Of a stretch of 64,000 bases of DNA, positions 1-9,505 are shown piece after piece. Origin of the DNA: an uncultured delta proteobacterium (GTDB lineage Bacteria; Desulfobacterota; Desulfomonilia; Desulfomonilales; Desulfomonilaceae); contig CAWBKB010000005.1 in assembly GCA_963789265.1 (NCBI GenBank), positions 32,001 to 96,000 of the forward strand, given 5' to 3'. The notes under the pieces are model-generated. The model was not told where the DNA came from, ran no database searches, and saw only the letters and a program-made list of their open reading frames with translations. Each line of letters opens with the position of its first letter. Position 1 is the first letter of the stretch. The translations under genes were made by a program, and so were the position numbers.

Positions 1-476
1 CGGCCAATCGTGCGGTGTACAGCCTTGAAGAGCTGGCCCCCAACGTCAAAACCCTCCTGAAGTATTACCCGGAAATTGCCAAGTGCATGGGTTGCAACAC
101 ATGCACCAAGTCATGCCCCATGGACATCCCGGTAATGGAATACATTTCCGCCGCGTTGAGAGGCGATCTCGAGAAAGCTGCGGAACTCTCTTTCCCCTGT
201 GTTATGTGCGGCATCTGCACATCACGCTGCCCCGCGGAACTGGCGCAGTACAACATAGGGATTCTCTGCCGGCGGCTTACGGGGCGGCATATTAACCCAG
301 CCGCGGCTCATCTTCAGGAAATGATCGGCAGGATAGAATCGGGGCGGTACGAAGAGCCTCTGAACAAGCTCGTCGGCACCGATCCGGAAACACTCCGGAA
401 ACTCTATGTGGAACGACAAATGGAGCCGCATACCGCGGCCGAAATGTGGCAGCCGGACGATAAACAATGGCTCTAG
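1..476 (+). CDS. 4Fe-4S dicluster protein (SdhB/FrdB-like C-terminal part), 5' end truncated by the window edge
   Basis: Motifs CMGCNTCTKSCP and CVMCGICTSRCP; the frame is open back to position 3; lies upstream of an SdhA/FrdA-like flavoprotein. Confidence 0.8.
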   Translation, partial: ANRAVYSLEELAPNVKTLLKYYPEIAKCMGCNTCTKSCPMDIPVMEYISAALRGDLEKAAELSFPCVMCGICTSRCPAELAQYNIGILCRRLTGRHINPAAAHLQEMIGRIESGRYEEPLNKLVGTDPETLRKLYVERQMEPHTAAEMWQPDDKQWL

Positions 477-711
477 TGACGTCCGTTACGACAGTTATAG
501 CAGAAGGAAACCGTTCACTGCGGAGATCGCAGAGGATTTTGTTTTGTGTGGATTTGTCTCAGAACCACAGTGCATGCGGATCTGTCAAAAGGCAAACGAA
601 CCTCGCATTAATGCACATCTCGCTGGATTGTGCCTCAGCGTATAAGATATTTTTGGTCTCTGCGTTTTCTGCGCATCCCGCGTCTCGCGGGACGGTGAAA
701 CTTCACTAGAG
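471..711. repeat. REP/MITE-like palindromic cassette
   Basis: 9-bp perfect inverted repeat CTCTAGTGA (471-479) / TCACTAGAG (703-711); inner arms TTCACTGCGGAGATCGCAGAG and CTCTGCG...CGGTGAA; nested hairpin at 675-693. Confidence 0.55.
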
Positions 712-777
712 GTGGACGGTTACAGTGGAAGCTAAGCTTACTCTCAAGATGCATCGCCTTTAAGGCTGGAGGCAATC

Positions 778-2458
778 ATGGCATATACGCCGGAATTGAT
801 GGCGCTAATTAAAAAAGTTGAGAAAACCCGCCCCGAAAGGGTAGCTCGCAAAAAGGCGGGGCAGGAGTTTCCCGCCCTCACCCTGGAAGATCGCCGAATA
901 CGGTTGGAAAAATACCATCCGGACTTCAGATCCGACGCGCTCCGGGATTTGAAGGTGGGGCCGAGCAAGGGCTATGCAGTAGCACAGGAGATCGCCGACA
1001 CCTTTGAGGCCCGCAGTAGGGTAGACCCTGACAAGATCGACTTGAATGAGGTCCATTACGAAACGGACGTCCTGGTGATCGGCGGAGGAGGGGCGGGAAC
1101 CGCGGCTGCCTTGATTGCTCAAGAGCATGGATCGCGGGTCATCATAGCGACTAAACTTCGACACGGCGATGCCAACACCATGATGGCCGAAGGCGGCATC
1201 CAGGCGGCTACCAAGGGCTGGAAAGATTCACCCTATTACCATTACCTGGATGTAATGGGAGGCGGGCACTTCGAGAACGACACGGCATTGGTCAAGACAA
1301 TGGTAACGGAAGCGCCCAAGGTTATAGGCTGGCTGGAACGTCTTGGTTGCATGTTCAATAAGTGGGATGACGGCAAGCTCTTCACGCTTCACGGGGCCGG
1401 CACATGCCGTAAGAGAATGCACTATGCCGGAGATATGACCGGCGCAGAAATCATGAGGACCCTTCGGGATGAGGCTCGCAATCGTGTCAGCCATATTGGG
1501 GTCCTGGAGTTTTCACCGGCCGTGGAACTGCTCATGGACGACAAAGGCCGGTGTTCCGGAGCGGTATTGTACAACCTCGAGACCGAAGAGTATTTTTTAG
1601 TAAAGGCCAAGGCCGTTGTCATGGCCACCGGCGGGTTCGGGCCGTCTTCACATGCAAGGGTTTATGACTACAAACCATTACGGCGCGACCGGCGATGGTC
1701 TAGTCATGGGATACCGTCTGGGCGTGGAAGTTCGCTTTCTTCATGCCACCCAATACCATCCGACAGGCGCAGTTTTCCCCGAGCAGGCTGAAGGGTTGCT
1801 GATTACTGAAAAGGTTCGAGGTGCAGGCGCGAACCTTGTGAATATCGATGGTGAACAGTTCGTTTTCGAGCGTGAACCGCGGGATATCGAATCATCGAGC
1901 ATAATTCGTGAATGCACAAAGGTCGGCAAAGGCGTTCCGGTTCCGGGACAAGCAAACAAATTCGGAGTGTGGCTGGACTCGCCGATGATCGAGATGCTGG
2001 AAGATAAAGGGACCGTGGAGCGGGAATTTCCGGCCAAGTTCATCCTGTTCAAACGGTACGGGATTGACATCTCGAAGCTTCCGATGCTGATCTATCCCAC
2101 TCTCCACTATCAGAATGGCGGTCTTGCTTACAACTCCGACGGGACCACCACAGTGCCGGGCTTCTTTGTCGCGGGTGAGGTAGGCGGCGGCGTTCATGGG
2201 GCCAACCGGCTCATGGGAAATTCGCTGCTGGACATCACTGTTTTCGGAAGGCTCGCTGGTGAAAGTGCAGGCAAATATGCCGGTGAACGCGCCGACATCG
2301 GCACACTCAGTGTGGAGCACGTCAGAAGGTTCCACAAAGAACTCGAAGAAGCAGGAATCGTAACGGACAGAGTTTCTCCCATGGTGTTGCCGGATTATGG
2401 GAACCCCGAGGTTAAAAAGAGACAGTGGACCACCACCTACGTGGGGACAGTTCGGTAG
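778..2458 (+). CDS. SdhA/FrdA/NadB-family FAD-dependent oxidoreductase, about 559 aa after correcting a +1 frameshift near 1640
   Basis: GGGGAG FAD motif, ATGGFG, QYHPTG, TLHYQNGG, HGANRLMGNSL. Removing one G from TTCGGGCCGT joins ORF 778-1791 to ORF 1616-2458 (ATGGFGRLHMQG). Confidence 0.85.
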
Positions 2459-2568
2459 GACCGATCTCCCACAGACCGCAACATGCCGACCATTGGCCTT
2501 GGTTCAGTGTGGTGGCTCTCGAATGAATAGTCGTTATACACCATGCACACTGACAGAGAGTTTAGGTT

Positions 2569-2624
2569 GGTGGGACAGGCTTCCAGCCTGTCGCTGACGG
2601 ACGGGCAGGATGCCCGTCGCCACC
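2569..2624. repeat. REP-like double hairpin (GTGG...CCAC type)
   Basis: GGTGG-GACAGGCT-tcc-AGCCTGTC ... GACGGGCA-gga-TGCCCGTC-g-CCACC, intergenic. Confidence 0.7.
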
Positions 2625-2691
2625 AAAACATTTTCTTTTTCCGCAACTACTTTTGGGGATTCGCTTAAGCAAAGTTGAGATCGTTACAGTA

Positions 2692-3228
2692 ATGCGTGAA
2701 CCAGAAAAGCCCAGCACCCTACACCGAATAGGTGAATACTTCAGCCACCTGCGGGATCCGTCTCCGTACTGGAGAGTTCAGGCTGCCGCGTGGGGGATCA
2801 TTCTAGTTGTCGCCGTAGTCGGAGGCGTGCTCTTCGCTTTTCTGGCGCTTTCTTCAGTCTTAGGAGGCGGGAACATATACTACCGGGCCGTAGGCTCGCC
2901 CGGTCCCGTGGTATTCCGGCACTACAGTCATATCTGGTTCAAGAACGGCAAGTACAAAGACTGTAAGACCTGCCACGATTCCATTTTCGCCACCCAAAAG
3001 TACGGCACCTTCGTGCTCAGGGCATTGAAGGATTCTCCACTCAAAAAAATCCACATAGGGCGGGATGTCTCGACTCTGTACGATCCGGGTTCGGCACCTG
3101 TCGATCTGGCTTCCCTGGCGAGTTACAGCGTGCCGAGAGCCTGTGCAACTTGCGCTACCGGTAAATGCCACGACGGCAAAGAATCTTTTAGCAGATTGGA
3201 GTGCCTGAAATGCCATCAAGCGCACTAG
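2692..3228 (+). CDS. Membrane-anchored triheme c-type cytochrome (c7/c3-like)
   Basis: N-terminal TM helix; FRHYSH distal ligands; heme motifs CKTCH, CATGKCH (CxxxxCH) and CLKCH. Confidence 0.8.
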   Translation: MREPEKPSTLHRIGEYFSHLRDPSPYWRVQAAAWGIILVVAVVGGVLFAFLALSSVLGGGNIYYRAVGSPGPVVFRHYSHIWFKNGKYKDCKTCHDSIFATQKYGTFVLRALKDSPLKKIHIGRDVSTLYDPGSAPVDLASLASYSVPRACATCATGKCHDGKESFSRLECLKCHQAH

Positions 3229-3265
3229 GTATTCCATTAATCTAGGATGAGAGCCCATATTTCAA

Positions 3266-4024
3266 ATGAGTAAGACTCTTGTGACACAAGGCGGTGTGAT
3301 TCAATCAACGGAGGAAAGACCCAAAGGCATCGCTTCAGGCAGCGCGGCCGACATGTCCAAACCGAAGCGCTGGGGAATGCTGGTGGATCAGCGGAGGTGC
3401 ATAGGCTGCCATAGCTGCACCATCGCTTGCAAGAGCGAAAACAATGTCCCACTGGGGTTCTGGCGCTCATGGGTGAAGGGCATACAAAAGGGGCGCTTCC
3501 CGGACGTTTCCAACCAATTCCTCCGGCGCCTCTGCAACCAGTGCGATGCCCCCCCTTGTGTGCAGGTTTGCCCTGTTCAGGCTACGGTAAGGAGAGAAGA
3601 AGACGGCGTAGTGGTCATGTACTACGGAAAATGCATCGGCTGCGGAATGTGCATCGCCGCATGCCCGTACGACGCCCGGTTCTTTAACCCCATTCGTAAT
3701 ACGGCGGAAAAATGCGATTTTTGCGCACCGCGGATAGATGCGGGACTCCAGCCCGCGTGCGTGGAGGCGTGTGTGTCCGGCGCTCTCGTGTTCGGAAATC
3801 TGGACGATCCTTCGAGCGAGATCTCACGGAAGCTTGTGTCCCTGGGAACGACTGTCCTCAAGCCGGAACTGGGGACCAGGCCCAAGGTATTTTATGTGGC
3901 TGCGGATCACCAGTTGCAGGGGAGAATCAGCTTCTCGGACGATTTCAAAACGGAAATACTCGAATACAGGCGGAGCATCCCAAGTCCTGACGCCTCGTAC
4001 TGGAAGAAAGAGGAAGCCAAATAA
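3266..4024 (+). CDS. Four-cluster Fe-S electron transfer subunit (TtrB/PsrB/NrfC family)
   Basis: CIGCHSCTIAC, CNQCDAPPCVQVCP, CIGCGMCIAACP, CDFC...PACVEAC, C-terminal GTRPKVFY. Confidence 0.9.
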   Translation: MSKTLVTQGGVIQSTEERPKGIASGSAADMSKPKRWGMLVDQRRCIGCHSCTIACKSENNVPLGFWRSWVKGIQKGRFPDVSNQFLRRLCNQCDAPPCVQVCPVQATVRREEDGVVVMYYGKCIGCGMCIAACPYDARFFNPIRNTAEKCDFCAPRIDAGLQPACVEACVSGALVFGNLDDPSSEISRKLVSLGTTVLKPELGTRPKVFYVAADHQLQGRISFSDDFKTEILEYRRSIPSPDASYWKKEEAK

Positions 4025-4915
4025 ATGGACACAGTGGTTCTCTATAACGTGCCCCATGCAATCCCCTGGAAGATCTACATTCCGCTGTACTTCTACTTTA
4101 CAGGGTTGTCTGCGGGTTCGTTTATTCTCTCCACGCTCTCCACGGTGTTCAAAATTAAGCGCTTCAAGCCGATGGCTCTCCCCGCGGCAATTATCTCGTT
4201 TCTGCTGCTGCTGCTCGCACCTGCCTGTCTTATCCTCGACCTGCATCAGCCCACTCGATTCTGGCACACTCTGGTCCCTGGATATTTCAACAACACTTCC
4301 GCCCTGTCTTACGGGTCCTGGCTTTTGACGGCTTATCCTATTGCCAATCTCATATACATCTATTTCATTTTCGTGAAAAACGATCGGGTGACCAGAATAC
4401 TAGGGATGTTAACCGTCCCGTTGGCCATTTTCGTTCACGCATACACCGGCTTCGCTTTCGCTCTGGTGAGAGCGCGCGCGTGGTGGCATTCCGCGCTTAT
4501 GCCGGGCTATTTTCTTACGTCTGCGCTTCTTTCGGGCATTGCGCTACTCGCTGTGGTGGCCCTGATCATGGACCGATACCGTCAGGAAAAGTTGGACCCG
4601 GAATTGTATTCGAGTCTTCGCGTCATGATGATCGGGATCTTGCTGGTGGACCTGTTTTGGAACGGGAGCTTCTGGTTGACGCTGCTGGTATCGAACGCTG
4701 ACGGGCACGCGTCCATTCTTATGGCACTGCATGAAAAGCTTTATCTATGGGGCGAGGTTGTATCCGGCATGCTTATCCCGCTCACGATTCTTACCCTTCC
4801 GCGAACCGGGAAACAGAAGGTGTGGCTTTGCGTGGCTTCGCTGCTAATCATTGGGGGAGTGTTTCTAATGAGATACTCGGTAGTATTTATAGGCTTTGAC
4901 ATACCGCTAAGCTGA
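4025..4915 (+). CDS. nrfD: NrfD/PsrC-family quinone-interacting membrane subunit
   Basis: About 8 hydrophobic helices; W...LYFYFTGLSAG, LILDLHQPTRFW, HAYTGF, FLMRY. Confidence 0.9.
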   Translation: MDTVVLYNVPHAIPWKIYIPLYFYFTGLSAGSFILSTLSTVFKIKRFKPMALPAAIISFLLLLLAPACLILDLHQPTRFWHTLVPGYFNNTSALSYGSWLLTAYPIANLIYIYFIFVKNDRVTRILGMLTVPLAIFVHAYTGFAFALVRARAWWHSALMPGYFLTSALLSGIALLAVVALIMDRYRQEKLDPELYSSLRVMMIGILLVDLFWNGSFWLTLLVSNADGHASILMALHEKLYLWGEVVSGMLIPLTILTLPRTGKQKVWLCVASLLIIGGVFLMRYSVVFIGFDIPLS

Positions 4916-4936
4916 CATGCACAAGTTGAGAAAAAC

Positions 4937-7243
4937 ATGGCTGATGTGACCCGACGAGAATTTCTTCGCCTTGCCGCCTTGATGGGAGGCGCATCCCTAT
5001 TCGCGGGATGCAGTTTCTTTAAAGAGGCCGCGACCGTTCCTGAATATATCGAGGGTGCTCCAGGTGTAGACCCTCTGGAAACCCTCCCTGGCGTAAGAAA
5101 TATCTATACTGTCTGCGGGCTCTGCGCGGGAAACTGCGGGATTTGTTGCAGGGTGGCGCAGGAAACTCTGGTCAAGATCGGCGGCAATCCCTATCACCCT
5201 GTGTCTGCTAACCCCTGCCTCCCCTTTGAAACTCCGCTTAATAAGGCCGCTATACAAAGCGGTAGCGTGTGCGCGGTAGGCGGCAGCGGTATTCAGACAC
5301 TTTACGATCCTTTCAGGATCGCTCGGCCCCTGAAGCGAGTGGGACCGAGAGGCTCGGGAAAGTGGACCGGGATATCCTGGAATCAGGCGCTGACGGAAAT
5401 ATTGGAAGCCGGGGACTTGTTCGGTGAGGGTAATCTGGTCGGTCTCCGTGGGATCAGGCGACAGGAAGGGGGGCTAAAGTTCCTTGCCGGCAGAGCTGAC
5501 TGGGGCGCGCTTACGTTTATAAAGAGATTCTTATCAGGATTTCCCGGCGCAGCGCTGGTTCGCGATGATGAATCTCAAGTGATGGACGCCTCACGCATAA
5601 TTGCGGAACAGGTATTCGGGCCTGGCAAAGGCTCTGTTGATGCGGACTACAGGACCGCTAGCGTGTTGATCAGTTTCGGAGATGCCCCGCTCGACTCCGG
5701 ACTTCCTCTCGCCCTTCCGGCCAGGCAAATTGCAGATGCGAGAGTCAACGGGCCGTGCTTACGTTGGGCCGTGGTGGACCCAAGACTTTCCACCTCCGCG
5801 TCAAAGGCGGACTTATGGATACCGGTCATCCCGGGTAAGGATCATGCCCTGGCTTTGGGGATCATGCGATCTCTCCTGGAACGATATTCCGGAAACGTCC
5901 GGCAACCGGAAGAGAGTCTCACCAACAAAGTTAGGAATGGAACTGTCGAAAGCTACGCAGCGGAATGCGGCATCCCGCGGAGCGTCATCGACAGAATGGC
6001 CGACCTCCTCATCGAAGGCGGCGAGCGTTCCGCGGCAATTCCCGGAAGAGGCATCCTGGCAGGTGCGAACGGGAAAGAAGCCGCGTTGGCTATACTTACT
6101 CTCAACCTGATGGTTGGCTCTGTACCCGGTTCAGGAGGACTTGCTCACAGGAAAGACGATTTTCTCGACCTAGCTTATAGTAAAGTTATGGCCGGGTATG
6201 AATTCAAGGAGCAGGCGCAGACCGACGGCCTATCATCAAAAGCCTTGTTTTTGTGGAACGCGGACCCGGTTTACGATGATCCTGCCATGTCCTCAACATT
6301 AAGAGACAAAGGAGAAGTGCCGCTCTTCGTGGGCATTGATCGACAAATCACCGAAACCACCGCGCTGGCGGACTATATCCTCCCCGACACCACTTATCTT
6401 GAAAGGTGGGATGTCTGTGTCTCGCCACCTTCGGTCACAACGGAAGGGTTCGGTGTGCGCCGTCCTGTAGTGGGGGTGGTTGACCCCAAGACCGGTAAGT
6501 ATTTTCCTGTTCTCTCCGAAACGAGACCGATGGAGGACATTCTTATAAGTTTGGCCGCACCGCTGAATCTGCCTGGTTTCGGTGAAAAAGGGATTGATTC
6601 GTCAGTTCCTCTGCGTACCGGCCGGGATTACTATACATGGTTGCTCTCGGTCATTTTGGGTACGATGAAAAACACGGGCTTGGATGTCTCACCTTCGTCC
6701 AAAGAAGTGGCCAAGGTTTTTGACAGGGGCGGCATCTTCCTATCCTCCAGGAGTTCATCGGTTTCGCCGAAGAGCAAGCCCGATACGGCTTCTCCTATCA
6801 AGCCACAGGAGCCTTTGGGCCGCATGTCATATCCGCCGTTACACTCCGGCGATGACCGGTTTGTCCTTATCACCTACACGTTACCGTTTCATCGAACTGC
6901 GTTATCCGGCATCAACAGTTGGCTCCTGGAAGTCATTCCTCAGAACAGGCTGGTAATCAATTCTCAAGATGCAGCCAAACTCAACATAGTTCAGGGCGGT
7001 TCCGTCTCTATTGAAACCATTGACGGAAAAGCCTCTTTGAAGTGCAAGGCCCAGGTTATGCCGGGGATTAGACCGGGGGTTGTGGCTTTGGCAAAGGGAT
7101 TCGGATATCGGCAGGCAGGTGTCGCGAGACAAATAATTAAGGGCATCGCCACTTCTGAGGATAAGACTCGCGGGGCCGGGGTCAATCCCTCGGTGCTTAT
7201 GCCAGGAAAAGCACCGATCAGGGTCAAAGTGAAACCCGTCTGA
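4937..7243 (+). CDS. Tat-exported DMSO-reductase-family subunit, TtrA-like but shortened and divergent
   Basis: TRREFL Tat motif and FAGC lipobox; CGLCAGNCG...C Fe-S motif; GNPYHP; LYDPFRIARPLKRVGPRGSGKW; GDLFGEG; ADYILPDTTYLERWD; C-terminal MGD-binding domain. Confidence 0.85.
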   Translation: MADVTRREFLRLAALMGGASLFAGCSFFKEAATVPEYIEGAPGVDPLETLPGVRNIYTVCGLCAGNCGICCRVAQETLVKIGGNPYHPVSANPCLPFETPLNKAAIQSGSVCAVGGSGIQTLYDPFRIARPLKRVGPRGSGKWTGISWNQALTEILEAGDLFGEGNLVGLRGIRRQEGGLKFLAGRADWGALTFIKRFLSGFPGAALVRDDESQVMDASRIIAEQVFGPGKGSVDADYRTASVLISFGDAPLDSGLPLALPARQIADARVNGPCLRWAVVDPRLSTSASKADLWIPVIPGKDHALALGIMRSLLERYSGNVRQPEESLTNKVRNGTVESYAAECGIPRSVIDRMADLLIEGGERSAAIPGRGILAGANGKEAALAILTLNLMVGSVPGSGGLAHRKDDFLDLAYSKVMAGYEFKEQAQTDGLSSKALFLWNADPVYDDPAMSSTLRDKGEVPLFVGIDRQITETTALADYILPDTTYLERWDVCVSPPSVTTEGFGVRRPVVGVVDPKTGKYFPVLSETRPMEDILISLAAPLNLPGFGEKGIDSSVPLRTGRDYYTWLLSVILGTMKNTGLDVSPSSKEVAKVFDRGGIFLSSRSSSVSPKSKPDTASPIKPQEPLGRMSYPPLHSGDDRFVLITYTLPFHRTALSGINSWLLEVIPQNRLVINSQDAAKLNIVQGGSVSIETIDGKASLKCKAQVMPGIRPGVVALAKGFGYRQAGVARQIIKGIATSEDKTRGAGVNPSVLMPGKAPIRVKVKPV

Positions 7244-7366
7244 ATGAGACGGAAGGACTGTGCATCAGTCAGGAGGGGGTCTCAAAGAAATTGATTGAAC
7301 CCTTTTGCCGTTACGGCGCTCCAACATTTCATAAACAAAACGTAATTCTTCCATTAGGAGCAGCCT

Positions 7367-8011
7367 ATGATAATTCACGACATTTCTCTCCCCGTCTCGG
7401 AAGCGCTCGTAGTTTGGCCTGGAGATCCGGCGATTCACATCACTCAGCCCTCACGCTTGGACAAAGGTGACAAAGCCACCGTGAGCAGACTCGACATAGG
7501 TGCGCACACAGGAACCCACGTGGACGCGCCCTGCCATTTCATCCAAGGCGCTCCGGGGATAGACTCGTTGGATCTGAATACATTGATAGGCCGCGCGTTG
7601 GTTGTCGAAGTCGCTTCAAACGGAGCCATTTCGGCTGACGTGTTAGAGAAGCTTTCGATTCCTCCGGAAACCAGGCGGGTTCTCTTCCACACTCGAAACT
7701 CGGGGCTGTGGTCCACGGACAAACGAGCCTTTTCCAAAGACTTCGTCGGGATCCCCGAGGACGGTGCGCAATGGCTTGTGGACTTCGGAGTTCGACTCGT
7801 CGGTGTAGATTATCTTTCGGTGGCTCCGTTCGGCCAGTCAGGCCCCACGCACCGCGCTTTGCTGAATGCAGGGATCATCATTGTAGAAGGATTGAATCTG
7901 AGCGGGGTTCGAGCCGGTTTGTACACCCTGGCCTGCCTCCCCTTGAAGTTGGTCGGCCTCGACGGCTCACCCGCTCGGGCAATTCTCATCGAAGATGACA
8001 AGGACCTGTAA
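7367..8011 (+). CDS. Cyclase family metal-dependent hydrolase (kynurenine formamidase-like)
   Basis: HTGTHVDAP, GVDYLSV, DGSPARA; AGGAG RBS. Confidence 0.9.
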   Translation: MIIHDISLPVSEALVVWPGDPAIHITQPSRLDKGDKATVSRLDIGAHTGTHVDAPCHFIQGAPGIDSLDLNTLIGRALVVEVASNGAISADVLEKLSIPPETRRVLFHTRNSGLWSTDKRAFSKDFVGIPEDGAQWLVDFGVRLVGVDYLSVAPFGQSGPTHRALLNAGIIIVEGLNLSGVRAGLYTLACLPLKLVGLDGSPARAILIEDDKDL

Positions 8012-8081
8012 CGATCTCCTGCCGATTTGGGGACAAGGGGATCACGTGTCGTACCTGCGGCTGACACCGGCTTCGGAACCT

Positions 8082-9276
8082 TTACCGCTTGTGCATGACA
8101 ATCAGCGGATAAGCTCCGACTTTTCCTAAAAAGTGCGGGAATTTCTCTTCCAGGGAGAAAATAAAATTTAGTAGCCGGCCTCCGAATAGCCGGGGATGAA
8201 CTGTACACGCGTAGGAAAAGAACACTCACGCTACGCCACACCACAATGTCAAAATCACAGAATTTCCCAAGCTCTTCCTGAATTTTCCTGCGAGGATGGT
8301 GAAAAAAATACAAAGTAGGCTCGTTCTTGGCACTAACGGGCCTTTTCAGCCGCTTCCTCAATTGTCGTATCAGCCGCAACGGCCACCTGAGTATTGCTAA
8401 CGGGAGCATCGTTACCGTCATTAGCGGCGAGTACGATCCCCAAGAATAAACAATTGCTGCGGTGGCCCCTGGCTTCAATACCCTGTAGAGTTCCCGAAAG
8501 GCGCCAAACTGCTCTTGGGCCGGCACATGGTAAATAGTGTGGAGTGAGACCACGGCATCGACGCAGTTGTCAGCAAGTGGAAGATTGGTGATATTAGCTT
8601 GGACAAAAATCCCTTTGTCCCCAATCTTCCTGGAAGCTTCTCTGAGCGCCAGCAGCGATATGTCAATACAAATCCTGAAATCGTAATCATCGGAATAGGC
8701 AAGGTATTCCTCGTATTGTATGGGACCCGAGGCCGCATCTAGGATATATTTGCCGTTCTTTCGTATGTTTCTGGCCACTCGGAGATGACAATTTGAAATG
8801 TAGCCGTGCGACACCGAGCGAAGATCCTCAAACCGCGACGCATCGGAATATGTATTTTCGTCAATCTTCTTCCACCCTATGCGATCATAGAACTCTTGCA
8901 CTTCTTCCTTTGGGCGCGTCGGTATAGCTTTGTCATGCTGCGTCAACGAGTCACCTGACGCGAGTATCGCCTGGTCAGGCAGCATGCATAGAATACGGTG
9001 TTGTACTCGATAGATGAATCTGCCGTCGGCTGAAATCAAGCCGGCTTCAAGGCTTTCAAGCACCGGGGTGCCATCCAAGAATCGGCAGGTCCCCTTGGCA
9101 ATGAGCCGGTTCAGTTGCTCAATTTCCGGGAATTCAAGCGCACGCAACCTTTGTTTGCTTATCGGACACCTCAAAATGGCCAAATGCTCACGGACCGGCT
9201 CAAACATGTCCTTTTCTGTGAGACGACACGACCCGCCGAAGCTCACCCAACTACTGTCCGTGTGTTTCTCCGCCAT
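8082..9276 (-). CDS. Class I SAM methyltransferase with an N-terminal Trm112-like segment; 1-bp insertion near 8202; start at 9276 or 9207
   Basis: ILDAASGP, CIDIS, LPLADNCVDAVVS, LYRVLKPG; LRCPISKQRL near the N-terminus. Removing one base gives the ending ...YVHPRLFGGRLLNFIFSLEEKFPHFLGKVGAYPLIVMHKR* (stop at 8082) and removes the overlap with the convergent cyclase gene. Confidence 0.8.
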
Positions 9277-9294
9277 TTCTCCTCCGGCCTGGTC

Positions 9295-9488
9295 TGATAC
9301 CAGTGCGCGATCGAACGGTGAACAATCAAGGGCATACAGCACGGATCTGACAAAGCCCAGATCCGTGGCACCCAGGACCCGATCTTGACTGGATGTTGGG
9401 TGCCACTGACCTGAGCACCATCATGGCGCCAGGTCAGTGCCGTTTGCTATCGACCCATTCTCACTTGTTTGAAAGCGAATCGGTATCA
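9295..9488. mobile_element. MITE-like element enclosing two inverted GGGTGCCAC-type REP hairpins
   Basis: Imperfect terminal inverted repeats TGATACCAGTGCGCGATCGAAC and (reverse complement) TGATACCGATTCGCTTTCAAAC; inner hairpins at 9339-9374 and 9397-9442. Confidence 0.55.
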
Positions 9489-9505
9489 ATCATCTTCGGA
9501 GCCAA

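Noticed and set aside
7810..8081. C-terminal extension of the 510-aa methyltransferase ORF overlapping the cyclase gene
   Set aside because: Artefact of the 1-bp insertion near 8202; the corrected frame stops at 8082.
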